Positions 46,737 to 56,590 are shown, counted from the stretch's first letter. The stretch is 64,000 nucleotides of DNA from Candidatus Undinarchaeota archaeon (GCA_964519305.1 CAZFHY010000019.1:10762-74761), one strand, 5' to 3'. Notes: a model not told the origin generated them from the sequence alone. A program made the numbers and translations.

Positions 46737-47899
46737 CGTTGCGTCATACCGGCCGCATGGTCAGACGTGAGCTATACGCCCTCCTCGGGGAGCGCACATA
46801 CGTGCTAATGGTGCTGGTCCAGCTGCTAATGGTGTGCTCGGCACTGTTCTTTGCTGTCGGGTACTCGGTCATATTCTCTTCGTTAACAGGCCAGTCACAT
46901 GTCTTTCCCGACCGAACCCTGGCCATCGGCTTCTATACTACCGATTTCTATAACGAGATCCTCGATGTGCTCAGCGCACGGAAGGAGTTGAGGGTCATAA
47001 AGATGCCGAGCGAAGCGGTCACCCTTGAGGCCGTGCGGGACGGTACCCTCGTGGGCGCCGTCATCGTACGCGACGAGTTCCGCTATGCATACCAGAGCGG
47101 CGACCGGATGCGTATATTCTGGGTGACGGAGCCAGGGAACCTACTTGGTGCCTATGCCTCACGCTCTGTGGCAGATGTACTGACCGAGTACGGACGGACG
47201 ATTGGTAGGGACAGAGCGCGGAAGCAAGGGCTCGTGTACGATCCCATCCTGGTCGCAGAAATGGAGGACAGTATTCACGTGAAGCCAGATGCCATCTACC
47301 CGAATCCTGCGCTCGTCTCCGGCGGGGTTATGCAGGGGGCGTTCGAGATAACCTATACTCTGGTAATCCCTCTCCTCCTTCTCTTCTCCCTGATGATCGC
47401 CACATCGGTCGTCATGGACTCCATCACCGAGGAGCTTGAGGGCGGTACACTAGCCAACGTTCTAGTGAGCCCGGTGTCAACCCACGCCATCGTGCTGGCA
47501 AAGACGATGCCCATCATCATCCTCACACTCTTCCAGATATTGGTCTGGACCGCGATCCTCCGTCTCCAGGGCATCATGGTGGAGAACGTGTCAGTAGTCT
47601 TCCTTTACCTTGTCCTTGTGCTGCTCGTGTTCACGGGGATGGGCGTCGTGGCCGCGGCCGTTACCAAGCGACGTCGCTCATCCCACGCGCTCTATTCGCT
47701 CTTCCTCTTGGTGTTCGTGTACTTCACCTTCGTTGGAGGGAGCTATGCCGAGTACTCTCCGGCCAACGTCATCACCGCGATAATATCAAATCCCGTGGTG
47801 CTCCCAGCGGTATGGGGGCGTATCACACTCATGGCCGCGCTCGCAGTGGTCGTGTACGGGGGGAGCTTTACTGTGTTCCGGCGGTCGGTGATAGACTAG
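46727..47899 (+). CDS. ABC-2 family permease
   Basis: 'DSITEELEGGTLANVLVSPVS...IVLAK'. Confidence 0.85.
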   Translation: MGLTLRHTGRMVRRELYALLGERTYVLMVLVQLLMVCSALFFAVGYSVIFSSLTGQSHVFPDRTLAIGFYTTDFYNEILDVLSARKELRVIKMPSEAVTLEAVRDGTLVGAVIVRDEFRYAYQSGDRMRIFWVTEPGNLLGAYASRSVADVLTEYGRTIGRDRARKQGLVYDPILVAEMEDSIHVKPDAIYPNPALVSGGVMQGAFEITYTLVIPLLLLFSLMIATSVVMDSITEELEGGTLANVLVSPVSTHAIVLAKTMPIIILTLFQILVWTAILRLQGIMVENVSVVFLYLVLVLLVFTGMGVVAAAVTKRRRSSHALYSLFLLVFVYFTFVGGSYAEYSPANVITAIISNPVVLPAVWGRITLMAALAVVVYGGSFTVFRRSVID

Positions 47900-47901
47900 A
47901 C

Positions 47902-48144
47902 CTAGTTCTTGCGCTGCATGTCCGGGTCCCCGGCCTCTTCGGCCGCGGCCACGACCCGGTCCTGGTAGGCCTTGACAAGCAGGAGGGCCATCCCCAGCAT
48001 CATGGCCCCGTAGCCCAGCCCGATGCCCAGTGGCACCTCCTTGTCCTCGTCCTTATCCTCGAACATCATGAACATCGGACCCACGGTGAGCACCACAAGC
48101 CCGATGAGGAACAGCCCGATACCTAGAGTTTTCAGTATGTCCAT
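47902..48144 (-). CDS. Small two-TM protein, paralog 2
   Basis: MDILKTLGIGLFLIG...LLLVKAYQDR...DMQRKN; GGAG RBS. Confidence 0.75.
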   Translation of the reverse strand: MDILKTLGIGLFLIGLVVLTVGPMFMMFEDKDEDKEVPLGIGLGYGAMMLGMALLLVKAYQDRVVAAAEEAGDPDMQRKN

Positions 48145-48166
48145 GAGATCAGTCTCCAGTCCTCTG

Positions 48167-48397
48167 TTAATTCTTACGCTGCATATCCTCGTCGCCGGCT
48201 TCCTCGGCGTCGGCCACAAGTCGGTCCTGGTAAGCTTTGACGAGCAGGAGAGCCATCCCGCTCACGATGGCGAGATTGCCGAGGCTGATGCCCACATGCT
48301 TATCAGAATCCTGGAAATTCAGGTACGTCGGGAGGATGATGAGCACCACTAACCCTATGAGGAACAGCCCGGTCCCTAGCGCCTGCAGTGTGTCCAT
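48167..48397 (-). CDS. Small two-TM protein, paralog 1
   Basis: MDTLQALGTGLFLIG...LLLVKAYQDR...DMQRKN; GGAGGGAG RBS. Confidence 0.75.
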   Translation of the reverse strand: MDTLQALGTGLFLIGLVVLIILPTYLNFQDSDKHVGISLGNLAIVSGMALLLVKAYQDRLVADAEEAGDEDMQRKN

Positions 48398-48418
48398 GAT
48401 GGCTCCCTCCGTTCAGGT

Positions 48419-48748
48419 CTATCTGACCGTCACTGCGGTGCCGTATGCCAGCATCTCGGCGGCGCCTGCGGCGACCATGCTGGTAGTGAAGCGCACGTTC
48501 ACCACAGCGTTGGCGCCCAGTCGATCTGCGTCCTCGAGCATGCGCTTGAGGGCTTGTTCCCGCGTTTCGGCCAGCATCTCCGTGTACTCGGTCATCTCCC
48601 CGCCCACGAGATTGCGCAGGCCGGCCATGATGTCCTTACCGATCCACTTGGCCCTAATGGTCGATCCACGCACGAGGCCAAGTACCTCGGTGATCTCCTT
48701 TCCGGGTATAGTCTCAGTATTTACGACTTGTATCTTCATCGTTATCAT
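48419..48748 (-). CDS. YbjQ/UPF0145 family protein
   Basis: 'GLVRGSTIRAKWIGKDIMAGLRNLVGGE', 'LGANAVVNVRF', 'EMLAYGTAV'. Confidence 0.93.
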   Translation of the reverse strand: MITMKIQVVNTETIPGKEITEVLGLVRGSTIRAKWIGKDIMAGLRNLVGGEMTEYTEMLAETREQALKRMLEDADRLGANAVVNVRFTTSMVAAGAAEMLAYGTAVTVR

Positions 48749-49253
48749 CCTCCTCCTCAGCGTTCTTACGGTCCCTCATCGCCGCAGTGAGCATTACTAT
48801 CAGGCCCAAGACCAGCGCCGTGAGCCCGAGGCCGATGGCCGCCGGAGTGTCATCCGCGAACAGAGCGACCGTGAGGAACATGTAAAGCGGATAGGCAAGA
48901 AGCATGAGCATCCCTCCACCGAACAGCACCAGCCCTGCTCGTTGGATGGGATCGTCCGGGGGTGAAATACGCCCTCCAGATGTCGCGCTCGTGACTGTGA
49001 GCCGCTTCCCCGTGTCCAAGTAGGCGAGCACGTTGGTGGCCCTCACACCCTCGTCAGTCAGATCATATCGTTTCTGATCGTCCTGATCAAGGAGTTTCCG
49101 CATCTTTCCCAGGTGGAACGAGAGCTTCGAGGTCTCGATGTCAGCATGGCGCACCAGTGTGGAGAACGACACAGGACCATGCTCCGCAATGAACCGTAGT
49201 AGCTTACATCGAAGTGGATTGTCCAGCGCCGCGAGCACCTCGTCGGTTCCCAT
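48714..49253 (-). CDS. ArsR-like winged-helix regulator fused to a two-TM domain
   Basis: 'ALDNPLRCKLL', 'KLSFHLGKM', 'YDLTDEG'; C-terminal TM hairpin. Confidence 0.8.
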   Translation of the reverse strand: MGTDEVLAALDNPLRCKLLRFIAEHGPVSFSTLVRHADIETSKLSFHLGKMRKLLDQDDQKRYDLTDEGVRATNVLAYLDTGKRLTVTSATSGGRISPPDDPIQRAGLVLFGGGMLMLLAYPLYMFLTVALFADDTPAAIGLGLTALVLGLIVMLTAAMRDRKNAEEEDDNDEDTSRKY

Positions 49254-49316
49254 GCAATTATCCTAAGGTCGTCCCGGTTTAAATCAACATATGCATGGGA
49301 AACTCGACCCTACCCG

Positions 49317-49332
49317 GTCAATTATAGTTGAC
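49317..49332. promoter_or_regulatory. Palindromic operator candidate
   Basis: GTCAAttatagTTGAC upstream of the wHTH-TM operon; a degenerate copy begins at 49361. Confidence 0.45.
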
Positions 49333-49365
49333 GAAGGGCTTTCAGTACAACGTTATCCAAGTCAA

Positions 49366-50811
49366 TTACGATAGGACTGATTCTCCTGCGCGACGTAAGC
49401 GCTCAGCACCGAGGAGCTTCTCAAGAGCGTCGCGAGTGAGCTTGGGATCCGACTTACCACCGGAAGCCTTCATGACCATTCCGACCAGGAAGTTCAGGGA
49501 GTTGACCTTACCCTCAAGGTAGTCGTCAACGGCTTTCGGTTGCTCCTCGATGGCCTGCCGGGCCATCCGGGTGAGCTGGTCCTCGCCAGCGATACGCCCG
49601 AGGCCCAATCGGCCGATGAGCTGGCGGATGGAGCGTGGTTCAGCTGCCAGCCACTCAAAGAGCCGGCGAGCGGTGAGGTCGGTGATCGTGCCGTCGCGAA
49701 AGAGCTCGAGCACCTCCACTATCTCGTCCGCTGTTATGGTAGTCTCGCTCAGACGCATGTTGTTATAGTTAAGCACGCGCCGCAACTCGTCCTTGAGCCA
49801 GGCCGCGGCAGTGACCGGATCCGTGCGCTTAGCGACCTTCTCGAACAGGTCCGCGACCTCCAGATCGAGGACCAGGACCGAGGCGGTGTACGGATCCAGA
49901 CCGTACCGCTTGACGAAACGTGACTCCTTCTCGGTGGGGCGCTCGGGAAGACCTTCCTCTAACCGTGTTACGAGGGCGTTGTCGATGACCAACGGTGGGA
50001 CATCAGGATCGGGTATGAAGCGGTAATCGGCGGCCCCCTCCTTCTTACGTAGAGGAATGGTGATCATCTTTGCTTCGTCCCAGTGACGGGTCTCTCGCAC
50101 GATGCGTTTACCGAACCGCTGGAACCTGCGATGACGCCGGATCTCGCTATCCAGGGCGCGGTACACACCTTTGAAGGAGTTTATGTTCTTCACCTCGACG
50201 CGGGTCCCATCGCCAACGGAGACGTTCGCGTCACAGCGCATGCTCCCTGGCTCATCACGGGCCACTCCCAGGTAGCTCAGTGCCAGTGATAGGGCTCGGA
50301 GGAAATCACGGGCCTCCTGTGGTGTGCTCATGTCCGGATCGGTGACGATCTCCACAAGCGGTATGCCAGAGCGGTTATAATCCACCTGACCGTCCCGAAG
50401 CTCGTACCGGCCAGGGTCCTCCTCTAGGTGGACCTCACGGATGCGAACCGAGGCGAACCTGCCGTTCTCCCCCACGGGGAGGGATGTGCGCTGGTAATTA
50501 GAGGGGAGATCGGGATAGAAGTAATGTTTGCGCAACACCCGGATATCCTCGCCCTTGATCACCCTGCAGCCTATGAAGAGGGCGATACGGACGATCGAGT
50601 CCAGCGCCGTGGCGTTGAGGCCGTTCGGCTTTGATCCGGGTTGTGCCGTGCATACAGGGCAGATGTTGGAATTGGATTCGGCATCCCGATAGTCCGTGGG
50701 GCAAGAACAGAATAGCTTGGTATTGGTCTTGAGCTGCACGTGGACCTCCAGGCCGATGCGAACCCGCTCCTGCGGTTCCTTTTTCGCATCCTTGCCCTTC
50801 TTGTCGCTCAT
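49366..50811 (-). CDS. gatB: Asp/Glu-tRNA amidotransferase subunit B
   Basis: 'IGLEVHVQL', 'RKHYFYPDLP', 'HLEED', 'DYNRSGIPLVEIVT', 'RCDANVS', 'EVKNINS'. Confidence 0.96.
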   Translation of the reverse strand: MSDKKGKDAKKEPQERVRIGLEVHVQLKTNTKLFCSCPTDYRDAESNSNICPVCTAQPGSKPNGLNATALDSIVRIALFIGCRVIKGEDIRVLRKHYFYPDLPSNYQRTSLPVGENGRFASVRIREVHLEEDPGRYELRDGQVDYNRSGIPLVEIVTDPDMSTPQEARDFLRALSLALSYLGVARDEPGSMRCDANVSVGDGTRVEVKNINSFKGVYRALDSEIRRHRRFQRFGKRIVRETRHWDEAKMITIPLRKKEGAADYRFIPDPDVPPLVIDNALVTRLEEGLPERPTEKESRFVKRYGLDPYTASVLVLDLEVADLFEKVAKRTDPVTAAAWLKDELRRVLNYNNMRLSETTITADEIVEVLELFRDGTITDLTARRLFEWLAAEPRSIRQLIGRLGLGRIAGEDQLTRMARQAIEEQPKAVDDYLEGKVNSLNFLVGMVMKASGGKSDPKLTRDALEKLLGAERLRRAGESVLS

Positions 50812-52220
50812 CGACCACCCTCCAGCGCCGACATGGCACGCACGAGCGTACCTTCGTCGAAGGGTCTACCATGGAGCTGTACTGCCGTAGGGAGGCCCTT
50901 ATGTTCGCCCACGGGCACCGTTCCAGCGCATACTCCGGCAAGATTCGCAGAAACGGTCATGATGTCCATGAGGTACATGGCAACGGGGTCGTCCACGAGT
51001 TCGCCGAGCTTCCATGGGAGGCAGGGCATTACGGCCCCAAGGAGCACGTCCGTCTTCTCTAGCCTGTCGAGGAACTCCTGACGGAGGACCGACCGTGCTC
51101 GCAGCGCTCGCGTGTACCAGGCGTCCCGGTGCTCGCGCATGGTGACGTAGGTCCCGAGCAGGACACGACGCTTCACCTCTCTGCCGAAGGCCTGGGAGCG
51201 CGTGCAGCTCACTGAGGCCTCCAAGCCATCAAGGTCGGCATCCCCGCGATGGCCGTATCGGAAACCATCGAACTTGGCCATTGCCGAAGAGAACTCGGAG
51301 AACATGACGATGTAGTACATGGGCACAGCGTACCGGACCGATGGGATAGTGAGCTCAACGAGCTCGGCACCTTTCTTCTCAAGACGACGGCCGGCATCCT
51401 TGATAGCCCGTGCTACTGGGGCGTCCACACCATCGATGAACTCCTTAACCAATCCCACACGGAGGCCATCGGCATCCCCTGTGGCCGCGGCAGTGTAGTC
51501 AGCTCCGGGCTCGCTCGTTACACAGTCCGCAGGATCGGCACCGGACAGTACCGAGAGGAGCAGAGCGGCCCCGAACACATCGGGGGCCACGGGGCCGGGG
51601 CCTTCCAGGCTCATGGCCATGTCGCTCATACCATATCGCGAGACCAATCCGTATGTGGGCTTGATACCTACAGCACCGCAGAATGCGGCAGGGCAACGAA
51701 TGGACCCGCCCGTGTCCGTTCCAACGGAGAGGTCCGCAAGACCGCCCCCGACAGAGGCGCAGGAGCCCGAGGACGAACCGCCCGGAACACGCTTCGGATC
51801 ACGAGGATTGAGTGTGGGGCCGAAGGCAGACGTCTCCCCTGAGGAGCCGCAGGCGAACTCGTCCATGTTCGCCTTGCCCAGGATTATGGCCCCCGCGTCA
51901 CGGATTAGCTTAGTAGCAGTGGCATCGTAAGGTGCCACGTAGTCGGCGAGCATGCGCGAGGCGCAGGTCATCTGCAGTCCGCGGACGGCAATGTTATCCT
52001 TCAGCGAGATACCGAGACCTGCCATTAGGCCGGGATCGCGTCCTGCCGTGATGGTTTTATCGATAGCGGCGGCAGCAGCGCGTGCGCCCCGCTCGTCCAC
52101 AGTTATGTAGGCGTTGAGCTCACTCGCCTTGATGGCTTCCAAAAGCCCCTCGACACGTTCCACTGCGGTGACGGAACCATTGCGTACTGCCTCTAGCCGC
52201 TCACGCGTCCCATCGACCAC
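50808..52220 (-). CDS. gatA: Asp/Glu-tRNA amidotransferase subunit A
   Basis: 'KDNI', 'GKANMDEF', 'PGGSSSGS', 'GTDTGGSIRCPA', 'EVKRRVLLGTY'. Confidence 0.96.
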   Translation of the reverse strand: MVDGTRERLEAVRNGSVTAVERVEGLLEAIKASELNAYITVDERGARAAAAAIDKTITAGRDPGLMAGLGISLKDNIAVRGLQMTCASRMLADYVAPYDATATKLIRDAGAIILGKANMDEFACGSSGETSAFGPTLNPRDPKRVPGGSSSGSCASVGGGLADLSVGTDTGGSIRCPAAFCGAVGIKPTYGLVSRYGMSDMAMSLEGPGPVAPDVFGAALLLSVLSGADPADCVTSEPGADYTAAATGDADGLRVGLVKEFIDGVDAPVARAIKDAGRRLEKKGAELVELTIPSVRYAVPMYYIVMFSEFSSAMAKFDGFRYGHRGDADLDGLEASVSCTRSQAFGREVKRRVLLGTYVTMREHRDAWYTRALRARSVLRQEFLDRLEKTDVLLGAVMPCLPWKLGELVDDPVAMYLMDIMTVSANLAGVCAGTVPVGEHKGLPTAVQLHGRPFDEGTLVRAMSALEGGR

Positions 52221-52231
52221 TGTACAGCCCT

Positions 52232-52525
52232 CTAAAGGTTCTTGGGGACAACGACGTGTCCGGCGGTGAACCGCGGGACCTGACCCCGGATGTCCTCTAC
52301 ACCCTTGAAACGGTTCGGTTCGCCATCATCACGGATGGCATTGCGACGCCCGCTCACCTCGTGAGTCTCCTTGGTGACGTCCTCCCCGATCCCCTCTAGT
52401 GTGGAGAACTGACTAAGGATGGCCAGGAGGTCCCGTTGAATGGTGGCACGCTCCTCGTCATCGAGAGCTAGACGTGAAAGGGTTGCGATTTTGTCCAGGT
52501 CAAGCTCGATGTCGGGCGCGGGCAC
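52232..52525 (-). CDS. gatC: Asp/Glu-tRNA amidotransferase subunit C
   Basis: 'KIATLSRLAL...IL..F..L', 'RDD', 'VVPK'; directly upstream of gatA; GTG start inferred. Confidence 0.85.
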   Translation of the reverse strand: MPAPDIELDLDKIATLSRLALDDEERATIQRDLLAILSQFSTLEGIGEDVTKETHEVSGRRNAIRDDGEPNRFKGVEDIRGQVPRFTAGHVVVPKNL

Positions 52526-52577
52526 GGCGGGGCGCACGATGGCATCACTTAAAAACATTCCGGCGCCCTTTGGGATC

Positions 52578-52982
52578 GTGACACCGCTCGAGTACGTGGC
52601 GCTTGGTCTCTTCTTATTGGACCTCGTGCTCGATGGGCTTACCACCAAGGTAGTGTTCATTCTAGGACGGGAGCGACTTGAGGGTGATGAGAGCGGACTT
52701 CTCCATCTCGAACGGAATCCTATCGCGCGTAGACTCATGGGTCTGGCGGGTGTGGACCGCATGCTAGTGGCCTCCCGTGTGCTGGGCGCAGTGGCCGCAG
52801 TGGCGCTCGTTTCATTGAACGAGTCCACGTTCCTGCTAGGTCTGGCAGCAGCATATGCAATAGTGCCGGTATGGAACCTCACGGTCATCCTCCATTATCT
52901 GGACGAACCGGAGTACCTCAAGACGCGTGTGCCGCTCGGAGTACACATACGCTGGTGCATACGATGCGCTGCGGGCGATTAA
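52578..52982 (+). CDS. Hypothetical membrane protein (DUF5658-like)
   Basis: 'LDGLTT', 'ERNPIARRL', TM segments; start inferred from TATA spacing. Confidence 0.6.
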   Translation: MTPLEYVALGLFLLDLVLDGLTTKVVFILGRERLEGDESGLLHLERNPIARRLMGLAGVDRMLVASRVLGAVAAVALVSLNESTFLLGLAAAYAIVPVWNLTVILHYLDEPEYLKTRVPLGVHIRWCIRCAAGD

Positions 52983-53024
52983 AACGGTACGTTTAAATGC
53001 CCTCGTGTCATACATCCACATTCA

Positions 53025-53183
53025 ATGGGGCAGAAAGGGGTCGCCATCGGTTTCATCGACCGCCTGAACAAGAAGGTGCGAAAGACTAAGGACTATCGCG
53101 AAGGAATGATCGAGAACAAGAAGTCAGCTGAGGACACGGCCGCGTTGCTGAACGTCCTCCGAGAGCTTGACGAGGACGAGTGA
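53025..53183 (+). CDS. Small hypothetical protein (52 aa, absent from the ORF track)
   Basis: ATG about 27 nt after tttaaat; MGQKGVAIGFIDRLNKKVRK...LRELDEDE. Confidence 0.55.
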   Translation: MGQKGVAIGFIDRLNKKVRKTKDYREGMIENKKSAEDTAALLNVLRELDEDE

Positions 53184-53207
53184 GCACTCCGAGGCGGGGA
53201 GTCCATC

Positions 53208-53645
53208 GTGGTGCTCGACGAGACCACTCTGCGCGCACGTGCCCATGCATACTTCGTTGCATGTGCCATGAGCCCAAAGAACGAAGGTCTGTGCACATCT
53301 ACCTTCGATGCCCTTCTTAGGTCCTTCCTACAGAGCGAGGAGCGCGATGAGATCTTGCGGGCGGTCATTGTCACCATCAACACCTACGTGGACAGTGCTT
53401 CTGAGCATGACTCGATTACATCCAATCTACCACCACGCGAGCTTCTGCACGACCATCTCCAGGAAGCACTTGAGGTCCATGAGCGGGAGATTCTGGACGA
53501 TGATGACTGGGACAACCTGCTCCTCTTTCTCGAAGCGAAGCTCTTCCATGCTAACATACCTATGAGCCCAGCTCTCCAGTCCCATTCTAACCTTGACCTG
53601 ATGCAGATCGACCCTCTGATGTTCGAGCTCGAACATCTATTCTAG
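53208..53645 (+). CDS. Hypothetical protein
   Basis: 145-aa ORF with GGGGAG RBS; no motif recognised. Confidence 0.55.
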   Translation: MVLDETTLRARAHAYFVACAMSPKNEGLCTSTFDALLRSFLQSEERDEILRAVIVTINTYVDSASEHDSITSNLPPRELLHDHLQEALEVHEREILDDDDWDNLLLFLEAKLFHANIPMSPALQSHSNLDLMQIDPLMFELEHLF

Positions 53646-53775
53646 TAGGCCTCTCCCGACACCACGAAATCACTATCAGCTAGTACCGAGCAGTCCTTAC
53701 AGAGATTGGGGCGGGCGGCCCGTTGCGCAACAGGAATAAAAAACTGAGGGCAACAGGGTACAGTAAGGAAGGTGG

Positions 53776-54744
53776 ATGACCGTGAGGGATCTGGACCGGC
53801 CGTTCGAAAACACGCTCGAGCTCATAGGGGCCACACCGATGGTGAGGCTGAAGAACGTATCTAAGGACATAAAAGCCGAGATTTGGGCTAAGCTGGAGTT
53901 CTTCAATCCTAGTGGGAGCATCAAGGACAGGATCGCTTTGAGGATGCTCGAAGATGCCGAGAATACCGGACGGATATCGCCCGGCGACACGATCGTTGAA
54001 CCCACGTCAGGAAACACGGGGATATCTCTTGCCTTCGTGTGTGCGTTGAAGGGCTATAACATGGTCGCTGTGATGCCTGATGCCGTTAGCATGGAGCGGA
54101 GGACGATAGTCGGGCTCTTCGGTGGTTCGGTCGAGCTCGTAACCTGCTTGAACAGGGAGAAGGGTGTCACAAAAGAGGACATGGAAGAGGTCGTTAGGCG
54201 GGCCCATGAACTCGCAGAGAGCCTTCCCAATGCCGTCATGCTCGACCAGTTCACGAACGCAAACAATCCTCACGCGCACGCTGACACGACCGCTTCCGAG
54301 ATAGTGCTCCAGACTAAAGGTCGTTTCAGCTCGTTCGTCGCTGCATGCGGGACCGGTGGGACGTTCTCGGGTGTAGCACGGTCGCTCAAAGAAAATTATC
54401 CCGATGTCCGTTGTGTGGTGGTTGAGCCCCATGGTTCGGCCGTCCTGTCGGGCTGCGAGCCCGGGCACCACCTGATCCAGGGTATTGGTGAAGGTTTCAT
54501 CCCAGCGGTCATGGACATGGACCTTGTCGATGATATCGTGCAAGTAAGTGATAAGGATGCGATAGCGACCATGCGTCGCCTATGGAGGGAAGAGGGCATC
54601 ATGGCGGGTATATCTGCAGGTGCCAACGTGTTCGCCTCGTTAAAGATAGGAGAGCATCTGAGCGAGGGCGACATCATCGTGACAGTCATACCCGACAACG
54701 GTATGAGATACCTCTCGACGACCGAGGTCCTTGAGGGTTGCTGA
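53776..54744 (+). CDS. cysK: Cysteine synthase family PLP enzyme
   Basis: 'KLEFFNPSGSIKDRIA', 'EPTSGNTG', 'GTGGT', 'IQGIG', 'GISAGAN', 'PDNGMRYLS'. Confidence 0.9.
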   Translation: MTVRDLDRPFENTLELIGATPMVRLKNVSKDIKAEIWAKLEFFNPSGSIKDRIALRMLEDAENTGRISPGDTIVEPTSGNTGISLAFVCALKGYNMVAVMPDAVSMERRTIVGLFGGSVELVTCLNREKGVTKEDMEEVVRRAHELAESLPNAVMLDQFTNANNPHAHADTTASEIVLQTKGRFSSFVAACGTGGTFSGVARSLKENYPDVRCVVVEPHGSAVLSGCEPGHHLIQGIGEGFIPAVMDMDLVDDIVQVSDKDAIATMRRLWREEGIMAGISAGANVFASLKIGEHLSEGDIIVTVIPDNGMRYLSTTEVLEGC

Positions 54745-54783
54745 TACCGCTGGGCGGATTGATTGGGACCGCGGCTTGTTTGC

Positions 54784-56451
54784 TTAGGCGGTCCTGACGT
54801 TCGCCGCGTCCTCAAGCTTCAGTTCCTTGACGACCCATTCACGCAGCTTGAACTTCTGCACCTTACCCGATGCGGTCATGGGATACTCCTTCACGAAGAA
54901 GAAGTACTTGGGTACCTTATGGCGGGCGATGCGGTCCATAGAGTACTCTCGCAGCTCGGCCTCGGTCACTTCCTGACCATCGGCGGTCATTATGGCGCAG
55001 GCCACCTGTTCACCGTACTTGACGTCCGGTACACCGAACACCTGTACATCCTTGACCTTGTCGTGAGTGTGGTAGAACTCCTCGATCTCCCGGGGGAAGA
55101 TGTTCTCACCGCCACGGATTATCATGTTCTTGATCCGGCCTGTGATCTTGCAGTAACCTGCATCGTCCATGGTGGCGAGGTCGCCCGTGTGGAGCCAACC
55201 TTCAGCGTCAATAGCTTTAGCCGTAGCCTCCTCCATGTTGTAGTACCCTTTCATGACCAGATATCCCCGCGTGCACAGTTCGCCCTGGACACCACAGGGG
55301 ACGTTCATACCGCTCTCCGGGTCCACTATCTTGACGTCCACGTCCGGAAGGGCCCGTCCGACCGTCTCCACGCGCAATTCGACAGGGTCCTTAGTGCGCG
55401 TCTGTGTGATGACAGGTGACGCCTCGGTCTGACCGTAGGCGATGGTTATCTCGGTCATGTTCATCTCATCCATGACGCGCTTCATGACCTCGATGGGGCA
55501 GGGTGCCCCGGCCATGATGCCCGTCCGTAATGATGAGACGTCGTACTTGGTGAAGTCCGGGTGGTTGAGCTCCATGATGAACATGGTAGGTACACCAAGC
55601 AGGATGGTGCATCGCCCCTTGGACACGGCCTCGAGCACCTCCTTGGGATTGAAAGCAATGATGGGCACCATCGTGGCGGCATAGCATACGCAGTTGAGCG
55701 TGGCCAGCACGCACCCGAAACAGTGGAAGAACGGGACAGGGATGCACATGCGCTCCTGTCCCTCCTTGAGGTCCATGCAGGCGCCCACGTTGTAGGCATT
55801 GTTGACGATGTTGAAGTGGGTGAGCATCACGCCCTTGGGGAATCCCGTGGTGCCTGACGTGTACTGCATGTTGATGGTCTCGTCCGGATCGCAGCTGGAC
55901 TGGACAGCGGACAGTTCCTCGTCAGTGACCTCCTTCCCGAGCTCCTCGAGGATTGAGAAGTTGAACATGCCGTCCGGAGTCCCATCGCCGATGTACAGGA
56001 CGTTCTTGAGGTGCGGGAGCTTGCTGCAGGAGAGCCCCCCGGGCTCAGAGCCTTTCAGCTCCGGGGTCACCATGTAGGCGGTCTCGATGTAGTCGCAGTC
56101 ACGGAATCTGTCTATAAGGAAGAGGGTGGTCGCATCGGACTGCTTGAGGATGTACTCGAGCTCGTGTGCCTTATAGTTCGTGTTGACCGTGACCAGGACA
56201 GCCCCGATCTTACCGGTCGCGAACTGGAGGATGACCCACTCCGGTACGTTCGTGGCCCAGATTGCCACATGGTCACCTTTCTTTATACCCAGTCGCAGCA
56301 GGCCTTTGGCCACAGCGTTACACTTCTCGCGGAACTGGGCGTACGTGTAGCTCAGGTCCCGGTCCACGTAGAACAAGGCTTCTGTGTCCGGGAAATTAGC
56401 GGCGGTCCTGTCCAGCAGGTCACCAACGGTGATCTTCATTTGTTCGGTCAT
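54784..56451 (-). CDS. AMP-binding acyl-CoA synthetase (fatty acid-CoA ligase)
   Basis: 'QYTSGTTGFPKG', 'YGQTEASP', 'WLHTGDL', 'IIRGGEN', 'TASGKVQK'. Confidence 0.93.
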   Translation of the reverse strand: MTEQMKITVGDLLDRTAANFPDTEALFYVDRDLSYTYAQFREKCNAVAKGLLRLGIKKGDHVAIWATNVPEWVILQFATGKIGAVLVTVNTNYKAHELEYILKQSDATTLFLIDRFRDCDYIETAYMVTPELKGSEPGGLSCSKLPHLKNVLYIGDGTPDGMFNFSILEELGKEVTDEELSAVQSSCDPDETINMQYTSGTTGFPKGVMLTHFNIVNNAYNVGACMDLKEGQERMCIPVPFFHCFGCVLATLNCVCYAATMVPIIAFNPKEVLEAVSKGRCTILLGVPTMFIMELNHPDFTKYDVSSLRTGIMAGAPCPIEVMKRVMDEMNMTEITIAYGQTEASPVITQTRTKDPVELRVETVGRALPDVDVKIVDPESGMNVPCGVQGELCTRGYLVMKGYYNMEEATAKAIDAEGWLHTGDLATMDDAGYCKITGRIKNMIIRGGENIFPREIEEFYHTHDKVKDVQVFGVPDVKYGEQVACAIMTADGQEVTEAELREYSMDRIARHKVPKYFFFVKEYPMTASGKVQKFKLREWVVKELKLEDAANVRTA

Positions 56452-56590
56452 GATACGTCCCCTCTCTGACGGGCGGCGAGGACGTGAGAACACTTTTAAA
56501 ATTCCCCCGCGGGCCGCGCCATGCGGTCCCACGGCAGCCCTGCAAAACCTTTTTAACCATCGCCCTGGCAGCTCGCTACAGGTGAAATAC

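Noticed and set aside
54736-54762. CysK ending Gly-Cys-TGA as possible selenocysteine read-through
   Set aside because: Enzyme is complete before the stop, the extension would be only a few residues, and I see no SECIS-like element or Sec machinery
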